Below are positions 43,937-58,839 of a stretch of 64,000 nt of DNA, piece by piece. The stretch's first letter is position 1. Every line of letters starts with the position of its first letter. The stretch comes from the human T2T-CHM13v2.0 reference genome, Homo sapiens: the NCBI RefSeq assembly GCF_009914755.1, contig NC_060939.1; one strand, given 5' to 3'. The notes under the pieces are model-generated. The model made no database searches. It was not told the origin of the DNA and was given only the letters and a program-made list of their open reading frames with translations. The translations under genes and the position numbers were made by a program.

Positions 43937-44266
43937 TGTCTTAGTCTGCTCAAGCTGTTATAACAAATAGCATAAACTGGGTGGCTTATAAACAATAGAA
44001 ATGTATTTCTGTCTGTTTTGGAGGCTGGGACTTATCGGTAGACTCCATGTCTGGTGCAGGCCCACTTTCTGGTTCAAAGACAGCACCTCTTGCTGTGTCC
44101 TCACAAGGTAGAAAGGGCAGGGAAGCTCTCTGGAGTCTCTTTCATAAGGGAACAGAGTCCTCATGAGCTCATCACCTCCAAAAGGCCTCACTACCTAATA
44201 CTATCCTGGGAGTTAGGATTTCAACATAGAAATTTTGGGGGGACACACACATTCAGAACATAGCAC
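43937..44266 (-). mobile_element. MLT1A-type MaLR LTR
   Basis: TGTCTTAGTC..AACTGGGTGGCTTATAAACAA..GGATTTCAACATA..CATTCAG..CATAGCA. Confidence 0.85.
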
Positions 44267-45098
44267 CCTAGTACCTCAAAATGCAACTATATGTGGAGAT
44301 AGGGTCTTTAAAGATACAATTTAAAGGTAAAATGAAATGATATGCGTAGGAATGGTGGTAGGACAGAGTGGTACTGGTAGGAAAGGGTACTTGGGAGAAA
44401 CTGGCGACGTGAGACACACTCCTATCACAATTCATTGGTCACCTACTATGCCCAGAGCATTGTACTAAGCATCAAAGAACGAAACAAGATAACAACTCCT
44501 TCCAAGCCAACTTGTGTAGCCTTCTCTTATTTACAAATGCTTCCTTACTCATCATTCTCATCTGATCTTGAAAAAATATCTTATGAGGCAACCGGAGCCA
44601 GGAAGGCTCATCTTTAACGATGCAGCTATTGGGAAATCAATGGAATGAGTTGATAATAAAATAAGACAGAACTTGGCCCTTTAATTTTAACTGAAATGCA
44701 CATTGTTTTACCAACACTTTGATGTAGCCTTTTATGAGTGTGAACCCACTGATTGGAATTGTACATTGTTTTCCTTACACAAACCTCATGCATAATGCAT
44801 CCTCTGTAATTTCTAGATATAATTTAAATGTAAAATGAGATGATATGGGTAGGACTGATCCAATAGGACTGGTGTCATTGTAAGAGGAGATTAGGACACT
44901 AACACAAAAGGAAGAGCATGTGGGGACACAGAAGACACCCATCTGGAAGACAAGGAAAGGAGGCCTCCGAATAAGAAACCAAACCTGCTAATACCTTGAT
45001 TTTGGACTTCTTACCTTTAGAACTGAGGAAAGAAATTTGATTGTTTAAGCCACCCACTGTGTGGTACTTTGTTTTGGCAGCCTTAGCAAACTAATGTA
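44267..45098 (+). mobile_element. MLT1B/C-type MaLR LTR interrupted by a templated insertion
   Basis: GGAGATAGGGTCTTTAAAGA..; CCAAT..GACTGGTGTC..; ACCTTGATTTTGGACTTC; TTTAAGCCACCCA..GCAAACTAAT. Confidence 0.85.
44368..44818 (+). repeat. ~450-bp inserted copy of 47394-47843
   Basis: Manual alignment: about 29 substitutions and 3 small indels (~93%). Confidence 0.95.
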
Positions 45099-45565
45099 TA
45101 TAGTAGGTTATATCTTGCTTCTTCACACTTAAACAATATGTCTTGGTGTTGTTTTCATATTAGTAAATGAAGAGCTTCCTCATATATTTTGGAGCTACAT
45201 AGTATACCTTTGTGTGAATCTGGTCCTTACAACAACTCTGTAGGGAAAGTAATCCTAATTATCCCCTAAGTTAAGCCCGCCAGAGACAATCAGAAACTCA
45301 CAAAGTTGAGTGATTTTTCCCTAAGTAGTAAGTAGAAGAAACAAGAGCTGGCCCTAGGTCTGTCCAACTCCAAGTCTTATGCTTTGTGTAAAATCAAGTC
45401 TAATGGCCTTATTCAGGCTTTTTAGCTCTGCCATCATTTGTTGCCACCATTTTTAACCAACTCTTCCTTCTACCAGTCCCTCAATAATAAGTCCTCTACT
45501 CCATTCACTTCAACTCCCATCACTTCACTTCACCTCTGTCGTAGAAATAACTTATTTTAAATCTA

Positions 45566-45876
45566 TTTTTTGTTTGTTTATTTTGAGACAAGGTCTGGCT
45601 CTGTGACCCAGGCTGGAGTGCAGTGGTTAGATCTTGGCTCACTGCGGCCTTGATCTTCCCTCAAGCGATTCTACTACTCCAGCCTCCTGAGTAGCTGGGT
45701 CTATAGGTGTGTGCCACCACATCCAGCTAATTCTTTCTTTATTGTTTTTATTGTTTGTAGAGATGGGTTATCCATCATGGTGCCCAAGCTGGTCTTGAAC
45801 TCCTGGGCTCAAGTTACCTACCTTCCCCAGTCTCTCAAAGTGTTGGGTTTACAGGTGTGAGCCACTGTGCCCGGCC
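45566..45876 (-). mobile_element. AluJ-like
   Basis: Diverged reverse Alu. Confidence 0.9.
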
Positions 45877-47393
45877 TGAAATAATTTTATGTGAATTCCC
45901 ATGGCCTGCAAATCTGGCTACCCTAGGGCTTTCCAACTTAGAAGGAACAAGTTTCAGAGCTTCAGATGAGGGCAGATAACCCCTAAAACGATGTAGTGCT
46001 TGTTTAGCTTCAACTGTCAAATTAGATCTCTGTTGTTGTTGTTGTTTTTAGAATCAAGAAAATAGGTACCATCCCCGTGTCATACTCCTGGCAGCTTTAA
46101 CAAGCAAAGGGCAATCCTGGTTGCGATGAGTTTTATGTAAGAGAGTTCCTGGCCATTTGGAGGAACACAGCTGATACATATTCCTAGCCAAGTAGATTGT
46201 AGAAAGAGAAGGCTGTAGGAGTATGGGCTTTGACTCTGTGCTTAGATCACCCCAGTGGGCTTTGTCTTCGTACAGGAAGGGGAGTTCTGAGGGCAAGAAA
46301 TTTGCTGAGTTTGGGAGTCTGGAAGGACACTACCTCCCAAGTTCCCCTTGCCCCACCCTGTAAAGTAAACCTGCTAACCTAGCCAGTGCTTTCTTGAACT
46401 GCTCTAGGTTCCCATGCACCATAGATGAATCCCAGAAATTTCCATATGCGCCGTAAAGAGTGGGAATTACAGAAAATAACTGTGTTGGCACCCCCTGGGT
46501 CTCTTTGGATCCTACCAAGGCAATGAGTGAGCAGAGGCCCTGGGAGGGGGCAGAGGCCAGGGGCAAGTGGAGGATGTGGCAGAGACTCAGAGGGATGCAG
46601 GGAAGGACCCAGAGCTGAGGGGAAGACCACTCAGCCAGGGAGCACCATGGATGCTAGAAGAGAGTCCTTGCTCAAACTGTGTTACCAAGTGCATGGGGGC
46701 TAAGGAAAAAAATCAGATCAGTTATGCATGAAAGACACTGCATTTCCTTTGCCCATCTGATTTTTGTGCATACCAAGCAAGCCAACATGCAGATGCCATC
46801 AATGCATGCAAAACTGTCACCATCCAAGAGAACAAAGCCCCTTGCCTGGGTTGAGGAGTGAATTTAGCTTTTTGCCTCACTGATGTAAGGTGTGGATTTT
46901 CCATTGATACCTACCTACGTGTTGCTCATGGGTTGTCCAACTGGACAAAAGATTGTGCTTAAAACTTTGCCAAGTCCGGTGTGGACTGCCCCGAGGGAGT
47001 TACAGCCTGTGGAGGCTGAGATGGCTAGCAGCTGTTGCTGGTAGGCAGCCGCTTGGTCCGGGACTACACTTTCCAGAACACTTGCATCCAGGTCCAGCCA
47101 CATCAGAACCAACCGTGAGGAGCAGAAGCAATGAGTGGCTGCCTCTCTATAGAAAACCCTCTTCTCTCATTTCTCATCTGCACACTGACTGCAGAGCACC
47201 GACGCCCTAGGGGTTGGGACAACTTGGGTTCCTGAGGCACCACATCAAGGAAAAGTGTTGCATTGGATTATTACAGGGAGTGAGAAATAAGCTGCTTCTG
47301 CGTTAAGCCCCGTTTGTTTGTAGCAGCTGCTAGCATTCCCTTAATGAATAACTCCTCCAACAGAGGACTGGGGGATTCTCGACATCTGGAAGG

Positions 47394-47843
47394 GTGGTAC
47401 TGGCAGGAAAGGGTACTTGGGAGAAGCTGGTGATGCTGAGACACACTTCTATCACAATTCATGGGTCACCTACTATGCCCAGGGCATTGTGCTGAGCATC
47501 AAAGAACAAAACAAGATAACTCCTTCCAAGCCAACTTGTGTAGTCTTCTCTTATTTGCAAAAGACTTCCTTACTCATCGTTCTCATCTGACCTTGAAAAA
47601 AAATCTTATGAGGCAACCAGAGCCAGGAAGACTTGTCTTTAAAGATGCAGCTATTGGGAAATCAATGGAATGAGTTGATAATTAAATAACACAGAACTTG
47701 GCCCTTTAATTTTAACTTAAATACACATTGTTTTACCAACACTTTGATGTAGCCTTTTATGAGTGTGAACCCACTGATTGGAATTGTATGTTGTTTTCCT
47801 TACACAAACCTCATACATAATGCATCATCTGTAATTTCTAGAT
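47394..47843 (+). repeat. Probable donor of the 44368-44818 copy
   Basis: Same sequence, not interrupting a recognisable repeat here. Confidence 0.9.
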
Positions 47844-49254
47844 TTAGCTTCTTCAAAGTGAAATCAAAACCTAAAGCACTTCCAAGAATCCTTCTGGATA
47901 TTGTAAATTCCCCCAATCACTTAGGGTTGTTTCATCCATACCTAATTGGACAATAATTTTTAAGATTTATTGCCTTTGTTGTGATTTTCCCCAGTATTCA
48001 ACTTAGTTTCCATAGAAAGAAAATCTTTTTGCATTTATGTTTCATTGGTTTAGATAATACTTAATAAGAGGACATAGTTATGTTAATGGGCAAGCCAGGT
48101 TTGTAAACAAATGTAGCTAACAGTTGATGAAAACAGCAGGGTACGCATATCAGCTATGGGTTCAGAGAGACTGTCTGGGTATTTAGCAGAGGAAATAGAG
48201 AATATCCCTTAGTTCAATAAGTGATTATCCTTAGTGGTGGCTAGCCCACAAAACCTTTTTTCTTAGGGCAGTGCAGCACTCTGTCATGTACAAGGCTTGG
48301 TGAATGGTTCCCAGGTAGGATTTCAGCTCCCACTCCATCTCTCAGTCAAAAATCCTTGTGTAGAACCTAACTTGGATGAATATCCTTACATGGTGATGCA
48401 GTGTGTTATATGTATAAAAGTTAAATATTAAACCGAGATGGAAATAAAAAGACTACTCTAAATGACTAGGTTGTCAAGTGGGGGAACTAGAATTTGGACC
48501 TAAGCAGTTGTTACCTGATCCAGAGTGAACTGGACCACCTGGTCCCGGTGTCTGGATAAGCCACATCCTCTTGTCTGGGTTATGAGACAAGAGCCTCTCC
48601 AGTCTTGGTCAAGTACTTATTAATAGTATCTTTGGGTGAGCCATATGCAAGGCTGCTGCTAGTCTTCTGTCCACAGGATTTGCTCGCCCCAGGTTATTGC
48701 TACAATTATGTAATTGTGGCTCTTACATTGTAGAATGGAATGAAGCATTACAATTATGTAATCTCCTCATCTCTCCCTCTGCACTTTCTTTTTTGAAGCC
48801 CCTCGTTTGTTTCACGATTCTCTTTGTTCATCTCTCTTACTGAATTTGATGCCAAGGCCTTTATGTATTGCTCCTATGCCGGCAATCCTTCCCATTTCCT
48901 CCCTGCCTTCCTGTCTACCCAGAGAGTTTGCACAAAGTATGATTTTGTTCCTATCCAGGCACAGCTAAGTGGACAAAAAATGAACGTTGTGGTCAATAAT
49001 AGTTTGCTCTTTTCAGAGGGACAAGGCCGGGCAGTTGGAGGAGGAATACAGAGAAAAAGACACAGTGATTGTCTTGGTTCCTGATGGTTTTCAAGTTCTC
49101 AGTTCCCATCATCCTTGTATCCATTCATTCATTCGTGGGACACACATACACTGAGTGCTTACTTGGGGTAGAGCAAAGGGAAGTTATTACGAGGGCTTCA
49201 GCTTTCACTCTGAGTAGGAGGGGGAAGCCACTAAAACAGCATGGCATGATGTTG

Positions 49255-49700
49255 GCTTAAAAGGCACTTGAGCTGTTATGTAGAGAATAACCTCGAGGGC
49301 CAGGAGCAGAAGCAGAGAGGCTAGCTAGGGGGCCACTATTATCCTCCAGGCAAGAGGTGATGGTTGTTTGGGCCACGGTAGTTGTAGTGGCGGGGTGAGG
49401 GGTCGGGCAAGAAAGAGATGGGTTTGTGTCTTTTGAGACAGAGAAGACAGATTTCCTGGTGAATTTGAAAATGTGGATGTGAGTTGAATGTGGGTGTGAG
49501 AGAAAGGGCAGAGTCTAGGTGAGCAATTGTAAGAATGGAATTTCATTTCTTGAGCTGGAGAAAATTGGAAAGATCCGGGTTTTGGGGGAAAATCAGGAGT
49601 CTTGCTTTGTCCGTGGTAGGTTGAAGTTGCCCATTTGACATAAGTGGGGATGTTGACAAAAAGGCAGTTGGACCAGTTGGATACATTAAGTCTGGAGTAT
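49255..49700 (-). mobile_element. L2 fragment
   Basis: TCCAGGCAAGAGGTGATGGT..; GGGAAAATCAGGAGT..TTGAAGTTGCC. Confidence 0.7.
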
Positions 49701-49704
49701 TCTT

Positions 49705-50295
49705 GGGTCTTCTCTTTCTCTCACATTCCCCATCTAATTCACAGGAAACCTGCTTAAAACCTTCTGATGGTGTTCCTTCTCCCTCAGACTAAGGCCAGTG
49801 TCCTTCCCTTGACCTTGGAGGCCCTCTATGGTCTGGCTTTCCTTTGTCTCTGACCTTGGATCCTATGAATCTCCCCTGGCTCACTGTTCTGGGCCACACA
49901 GGTCCCCAACTGTTCCCAAGCAGGCCTGGTCTGTTCCTTTACATTGCTTTCTGCATCCTCTGCCTGGGATGCTCTTTCCCCAGATGTCAGTAAGGCTTAC
50001 CCTCTCATCTCCTTTAAGACTTAGTTGAAATAGAACCTTCCAGGCAAGGCCTTCCATCATCATCCTGTTTAAAATCATCACCCTGCAAGTTCTCACTCAT
50101 CCCCATTTTGCTCCCCTGCTATTTGGTCTCCTCATCTCCTCACATAATTCATATTTGACTCATTTTGTTCATTTTCTGTCTCCTTCCACTGGAATGCAAG
50201 CTCGAAGAGGGCAGAGATTTTATCTGCATAGTTTGCTGCTGAATACCTAGTGCCTGACACACAGTAGGCCCTCAATAAACATTTGTTGAATGCGT
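49705..50295 (+). mobile_element. L2 3' end
   Basis: CCCTGGCTCACTG..GCCTGGGATGCTCTT..TAGTGCCTGACACACAGTAGG.CCTCAATAAACATTTGTTGAATG. Confidence 0.85.
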
Positions 50296-50522
50296 GAGTA
50301 AACTGGACTCTCTTCTTGCCTTTGGTGCTTGGAAGATACTTCAGTATCTTCATAACAGATTCCCTTTCACTCAGCTTAAGGTGAGTAAGTCTTGTTTCTT
50401 GCAACAGGATGATGTCTATCTTATACAAGGTCCTCTCTCTGCACGTGGTATCCATAATATCTTGTAGCTCTGTTACAGCACATGGTGTATTCTGTTTCTA
50501 TGCTATTTTGCCACATGTGTGA

Positions 50523-50875
<353 letters not shown>

Positions 50876-51149
50876 GGGACTGTACTTTATATAAGCCCAC
50901 TGCAGTGCCTAAGTCATACCCCCAGCAACAGTCATTTATAGAATGAAATGATTTTAAGCTAAATTAATTTCCCATTCATTCTAAAGGTGAGACATAAGAG
51001 AAAAACATTTACCAAAGGCTTGCAGGTAAATCACTCAGTTGTATCTTAGAAAAAGTTTGCTTTGTAGGCAGGAAACCCAATTTGTTCTGAAAGGTAAGTA
51101 CCTCAGAGGATGGGTGCTTGATTATTTCAGGGGATATTTTGCTAAAATG

Positions 51150-51400
51150 GAGCAAAAAAAAATAGCAGTAACACTTACACATTAGAAATTGTTTGAAGGA
51201 CTTTATGTTAAGTACTAATTCCTTACATCTCAAAACAACCGCATGGGTGTGGGCATTATTGTCATGCCCATTCTACAGATGAGGAAACCAAGTCTCAGAG
51301 GCATGAAGCAACCTGCTCAAGGATACACAGGTAGTCAGTCTGGTAAGAAGGGGGGCCAGGATTGAACTCAGGTAGTCTGGCTCCAGAGCCCATCCTCTAA
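51150..51400 (+). mobile_element. MIR
   Basis: CCCATT.TACAGATGAGGAAAC..CTGGCTCCAGAGCCCAT. Confidence 0.8.
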
Positions 51401-52098
51401 AGGAATACAGAGGGGAAAGTACATCATTCAAAAAGCCTTCCTTGAAAGCTGGAACCAATGCAACTGGTGAGACAGACAAGTGCCTGGCTAGGATAAAGGA
51501 AGGGAAGAGCTGTGACCCTTGCATTGTTCTCCTTTACACGGAAGCAGACTCTAATCCCTCCAAGTAGAGCTTGTCACCTGAACTAAGGATGACTTGGAAG
51601 GTAGGCTGAGCTTTCAGAGTTGATTCTTGGACCAGCCTTCAACCTCCATAGACTTGGGGTTACCATCTCTCCTGCAGCACCTGACCCTCCCTTATTGCTG
51701 CCCAGCTCCCCTCTGCAGCCTTCTGGCATTGTTTCCTGGATGGCAACTGACTTGCTCCTTCTTGGTCCCATGTGTCCACACCTAGGCACAGCCTAGGTAC
51801 ATATTGCCCTTGAGGGGCTCAGCCTGACTTCTTTCCTAGTCACATTCCAGAATGGCTGACTTGACTCCTCCTCTTCCACATGCTTGTTTTTCTCCTGTCC
51901 TACATAGTGGCGGTGATGTTACTATTGAGGTATGAGCTGCTTGAACTGAACAGATTAATTCATCTCCAGGCATCTACTGAGTTCCAAATGGTTCTTCTGC
52001 AGAGAATAAACCAGAAACACTACCTTAGTGCTTGCCTTTAAGCAGCTGCACATTTATTAGAGAGATGAGACTGTGTATGCGAAACAGTTATTGGATAA

Positions 52099-52412
<314 letters not shown>

Positions 52413-53093
52413 GGTAAGTGAATTTCTAAGTTGCACAGGAAGGCTGTGAAGTGCTGGAGGTCAGATAGTGGACCAACCAGAATGGCCTGGAATAAATCAC
52501 AAAATGTCACAGCTGAAGGAGACCTTGACTATCATCCTGGTTTCCAAAGTGGAAAACAGAAGTGCAGAGAACTCAAGCCACTTGCTGAGGATAAAACAGC
52601 AAAGCAGGTGTGGGATGTCAAGTTCTGAGCCTGAGCCAAATGCTCTTTTTATTCAACTGTGATGCCTTCTCCCAGGAGCAGGGCGGGGATCTTGAGAAGG
52701 TCTTCTGGTTAGAAGGAGTTGCAAGGGGACATTGCCAGAGAGAGGACACCATAAGAGGAAAGAGTCAAAGATGAGAAGACAGAAGGAAACTCCACCCAGG
52801 AGACAGATCTGAGCCAAGCAACCTATTCTTGATCAAACCCAGTGGCTTGAAAGCTGTGATGGTGGCTTCTGCGTGGCTGTTAAACTACTGCTGTTAACTA
52901 GCAAGTACCTTATCTTCTCACAGTGTCCGTGTGCTCATCTTGAAAACGTTGACAGCAAAGCAGGCCACCTCATGGGATGATGGAGAAGTGCTCATGGGCA
53001 GTAAAACTACTGAGGTGTGAAGACCTGCACATCAGAGCCATTGGAATGAATAATTTCACAAGGAAATAAATGGAAGTCCTGATACCAGTATCT

Positions 53094-53394
<301 letters not shown>

Positions 53395-56300
53395 TGATAC
53401 TGGTATCATTTAATCCTCCCGTCTGGAGGGCAGATTTTGACAGGATTAACAGAAAATTTTCTAAGAGTTCCTGTTCCCCTCGAGGTACAGATCTCTTCCA
53501 GGGGATGTGAGCAGCATCTGGGAGTGTTTGGGGCTGATTGTCTCCTTTGTATGTTTCCTCAGTGTAATTATGGTCCCACAGCTGCTTTGGGAAGACAAAA
53601 CGTGCTAGCCTTGTTCCCCAAATATTGTTCTGCATTTCTTAATAGAATTTGGTAGTGTGATATCACACATACTTGTAGCCCTTCCAAGGAGCCAGGGATG
53701 ATGCCAAAAAACACTGGAATGGGAGTTAGGAGTTCTTGGCTCTACCATGGACCAGCTGGATGACCTGAGGCAAATGACTTAACCTCTCTGGGCCTCAAAG
53801 AGCTCAGACTAGATTATCGCTAAGGTTCATTTTTATTCTAATATTTTATGAGCCTAAGAAGACAATGCTGTAAGAGAAAAAAGGTGCACTTTCCATGGTC
53901 AGATGAGCTGGGATTTAGAATTTCAGCTCTCAGCCTCATTTGTTGTGAGTCCTTGGAAAAGTTACTTAACCGACCTTGGTTTTTTAATATATAAAATATA
54001 TTGAAGGAAATGAAAGTGCTTATAATAAAATAAAGTGCTTAGAATAATGCCAGATACATATATGCACTTAAGAAATGTGAGTTTCTCTCTTTACTTTTTC
54101 CTTTGCCTATCTCTAGCAACCTAAGGAAGCCAAGCAACCTTCATGTCAAATGTCTTCTTCCCTCCCTCCCTCCTTTCTTCCCTTCTTTTCTTCCTTTCCT
54201 CAAGATACATTTTCTAAGCATCTCCAGTATCCCAGGCCCGGGATTAGGCACTGAGGACACACAGATGACCATGATCTGGTCTGGGATGCTAAACTAGGTA
54301 CAGTCCGGTGTGGGAGATTATGGTAAACTACATAATGAAGAGAAGGCACGCTTTTGATGCCGAGCAGGGAAACAGATTCATGCTTGGAGGAGGCCTCTGG
54401 GAATGCTTTGTGAAGGAGTTGGCGTTTTAGCTGATTCCTGATGGAAACTTGCAGAAGCACAGAAGATGGAGTGTGTGTGCGCGTGCGCGTGCACGTGCTT
54501 CTGTGCGCAAGCATTTGTGATGTAGCATTGGGCAAGAGACTGGGAAAATGAGCCCATAGTTGCTTCACTGAGGCCAGAGGCTTTGCAGGAAGAGCCTAGC
54601 AAGGGAAGCTGGGATTACGACATTATCTTCTTAAGGCCTAATTAAACTGTGCGTGTTTCCCAGGGCTTGCAATGGGGCTGCAGCTGCATAGCTTACCTTT
54701 TTAGCCGGGTGGGGCTACACAAGTTTCTGGAATCCTGAAGCAGAACATGATGTCAGTGGAGCCATATCTGCTTTGAAAAGTGCCTGTCATTCCCAGAAGG
54801 ACAATGTAGGGGCCTGCAGGACTAGCCTCTTGACTTCCCAGTTTTGCCTCTGCCTGACCCTGGCTACCTGGCAAAGACTCGAGCTCTTGGATAGGTAAAC
54901 TGATAGATGCTTGTCTTGACCAGAGGCCGATAGGCATCAAAACACACTTGCAACACTACCCAAATGACAGAACCTGAGGTGCAGGCAGAGCCAGCCCTGT
55001 CCCTTTTGTATGGCATTAGGATGCAGCAATCTAAGGAACCAGGAGGATCTCCCTGGTCCAAGCCCAGGAGTGATTACTTTTGCCTTGAGCTTCGGTCCCA
55101 CTTTGGGCAATCTGACTCCGTTTCAGGCTTGGATGCTGGGAGCACATCTTTTTTTTTTTTTTCCAGTTCGACTCTTTTCACAATACTTTGCGTTGGGGCA
55201 GTTCCTGTTTTCTGGGGGAAGCATTAAGTGGAAGGATTATAGGATTTGGGTTTTTTCCCTACTAAAAATGCTTTGTTACCTACTTGGATACAAGAGTTGA
55301 TTAAGTGGAGGTAAAGTCATTGCCTTGAAAGAAAGCTCTGTTCTGCTCGTTTGCCTCTAAGCAGTTGCCATTTTAAACTAGGAACATAATTTTGTGTGGT
55401 ATATAGAAAGCATTTCTCCTTTTCCTCCTCTTCTTCCTCCTCCTCTTTCCTTCTCCTGCTCCCACTTCATTGTGATCAGAGGCATTCTTCTAGGATGGAA
55501 TGTATTTGCTTTATCTGAGCTTAGAGGTGGTGGTTCTTATGTTCCCATGTTCCAGAGCAGAAGGTCACAGGGAGGCGAGGGGAGGACCTGCAAAGCGTCA
55601 CCTGGAGCTGGAAACCACACAGACCTAACGGTCTCCATCTTGGTGGTTGGGATTTCCACTCTGAGGTAAACAACCAGTCTCTCCCGGGGCAGCAGTTCTT
55701 ATTTTCCTTTGAAAATTCATGCCGCTGAAATTGATAGTTTGTCACAGCTTTACTGACAGGTACAATTGTCGCCAGAAACAGAATAAAGAGACAATGCAAA
55801 ATAGCTCCTCTAAGCTGCCTTTAATTGGCTCTCAAAGTCATTTTCTTGAGATGGATTAATCACACCCAGACACAGTGTGCTAGCGCAGCTCATAAAACTT
55901 GTTTTTCCCGATCATTTTCCAGGGTGAGGAGATATTCGTTGCCACTCCTGGTCCTTATGTAAAGTCCTGCTATTAGATTTTATAGGAGCTGGCCGATGAG
56001 ACACATCCATCCAGGTTTTGGCACTGCAAGTCCGGTGGACAGGTGTGGCCTAATCCTAGAGGCAGGGTTCTTTCCGTCTTAAAGTGAACATTAAATTCTT
56101 TCTGCTTGTGGAAAATGACAGACCCCTGAAACCGCTTTTCTTCTGGTTCTGGCAGGCGGTATGAGTATTCTGCAAACTCTTTCTTTGAGCTCTGCAGAGC
56201 TTACTATTAATATTCTATTTCCTATTCAAAGAAGCTTCTATGTGAGTATTGATCTTTGCACCAGCTGCCATTTCAGTGTTGAGGAAGCATCCCAAGCGCA

Positions 56301-56769
56301 ACTGTGCTCCCCTCCCCCAAAGTGAACTAGTGAATCAGAAGAAATCTGTTAGACGTGGCAGTTCTTTTAATTTTTGTTTTAAAGCTCTGTTACTTGGAGG
56401 AGAAAACCATGGAGGCTCAGCTTCCGTGGAGAATTGAAGGCTGAAATCAAATAAAACTTGCACAAGTTAATCTTAAACACTTAATGGTATGCAAATTTGA
56501 GCTCCTATTCATGTAAATCACTGTAATGAGAATCAGTTTCAACCAGCCAGATCAGATTTTGTAGTTTTTCTCTTTTGCTTCCTTATTTTTGAGTGTGAAT
56601 GATGTGCAGGCATGCGGATGATTTCCCTGGGATTCCTGTGCGGATGGGTAGGTTGCTGGAGGGTGGGGGGCGGGAGGGAAAGAAGGGGTACAGAAGGGAG
56701 AGCAGCTGGGCTGGACGCTTTGTTCATGATGATGGCTTTCTCCGAAAGGCTTCAGTCTAATCCTCCTCT

Positions 56770-57072
<303 letters not shown>

Positions 57073-57149
57073 TTCTCCAGCCGTAGCATAGTAGCAAGGG
57101 ACACGGGGAAGGGGCAGGGGCAGGCTTGGGGGTGTATGCCAGGCTTTTG

Positions 57150-57440
57150 CTTCTTGCTGGCAGGCCTCCGGAGGTGCCCACAGCTCCTTACCACATGTGC
57201 TTTCCCAGCGTGGCTGCTTACTTTATCAAGCTAGCAAGCAGAGTCTCTAGAGTAAGTGTGTATCAAGGTGGCATCTTGTACAATGCAGTGCAGTCACAGA
57301 CGTGACGTCCACACCCACGCCGTATGCTATTGGTTAGAAGGAGCTAGTACTAGGTCCTGCTAACATTCAAGGAGTGGGAATTACACAAAAGCATGAACAC
57401 CAGGAGGTGGGGATCCAGGTGGCAGGGGGCTGTCCGTCAT
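57150..57440 (-). mobile_element. MLT1 (MaLR) fragment
   Basis: CTATTGGTTAGAAG..TCAAGG..GGGAATTACACAA..CATGAACACCAGGAGG. Confidence 0.6.
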
Positions 57441-58839
57441 ATCATTCCTTATGAATTCCATTCCCAAGTATCATTAAAGGGTTAAATCATGTTGACTTTC
57501 AAGTCACCGTGGAGATACATCCTAAGTTATACCAAGCTTAGGTAGAGTTGGTCCTCCTTACCTTTCAAATATCTCTCTGCCTGCTTTCAGGTATTTAATA
57601 ATCTTCTGTTATAAAATAAACTGATGTCTTCTGTTAAATTGATAGAAGGTAGAAGACTTAAATTTCAAATGCTTCTCTGAAGTTATTCTTGACTGAATTT
57701 AGTTACCTGAGCTGGTCACCATTGTTCATGGCTAACATGTGGTCATCATGTATTTGTATGGGAAATGAGATGTGGGAGAGAAAAGAAAAGATCCCACTGG
57801 GTGAAGTGTGAGATACAAACTAAGAAGGGGGACAAAATACTTTGCCTTTTCCATGGATCTTGCTTTCTGCTTACCCAACAGCTAGGCTGTGAGTAATGGT
57901 GTTTCCTCTCTGAACTACAGCAAGGGCAGATAGCTCAGTGGAAGCAGTTGGTCATAATATCCCAGAAGGGAAATCCAGAGTGTCTTACAGGTTCACAGAG
58001 TACTGAGTATCCCTGGATAGATCCATTAGAAGTTGTTGATCAATTGTTAAACTGCTAAAGGGAGCCTCCAATTGTCATGAACTTACTAGACATCCGCCTG
58101 AAAAGAGGAGATAGGGAGGGGACTTGGGGAAGTCCCTTGAATCTCAAAATCCTTCCTTCTCTGGACGATGCCCCAGATTTAATCAATTGTGTCCTAGTAA
58201 ATTGTAAGTTCTCCTGGTGAAGCACTGCATCCTGCTTTATTAGTTATTCACAGCCTAGTGTGAATGAGGGGAGAGGGAGATGGATTTGCCATATCCTCCG
58301 CTGCACGTGGAGTTGTGGAAGGCTCACATTTTCATGGAGAGAGAAAACATTTTAACACGAAAATGTCCTTTATGTATGTCCCTTCCCTGCTTACATACTT
58401 TCGCTGGGCTCCCACGCCACATTATAGAAAACAAAACTTATATTTGGCCAGAGTTCCCTCTATAGCTTCATCATGAGCGCTCTAATACTTGTATACTGCG
58501 CCAACCCTTTGTTATAACAAACAACCCAAACTCTTTTACGCAGGTATACCTGTCACACACTCCTACTGCTACCTTGGTTGCCTCTCTGCTCTCTTCAGCC
58601 TGGAGTTCTTAGAGATCTAGTACAATGACCATATGCTTCGGGAAGATTTCCCCAACTTCTCTAGGGAGGAGAAGTTGCTTTCTCCTTGGGGCTACCACAT
58701 TGCAGTTGGTAGCATCAAATCACACTGGAAAAGGTTACATGAAAGTTAATCTCTTTCACTACTCTAAGGGTTTTTGAGGGCAAGGGACTATATTTTCTTA
58801 TTATAATCTCTTTGATGCCATCCTAGGGCCTGATAATAC

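Noticed and set aside
47060-47101. GGACTACACTTTCCAGAA resembling a ZNF143/THAP11 promoter motif
   Set aside because: Imperfect match, no CpG island, and the context resembles an old ERVL/MaLR LTR segment that carries this motif.
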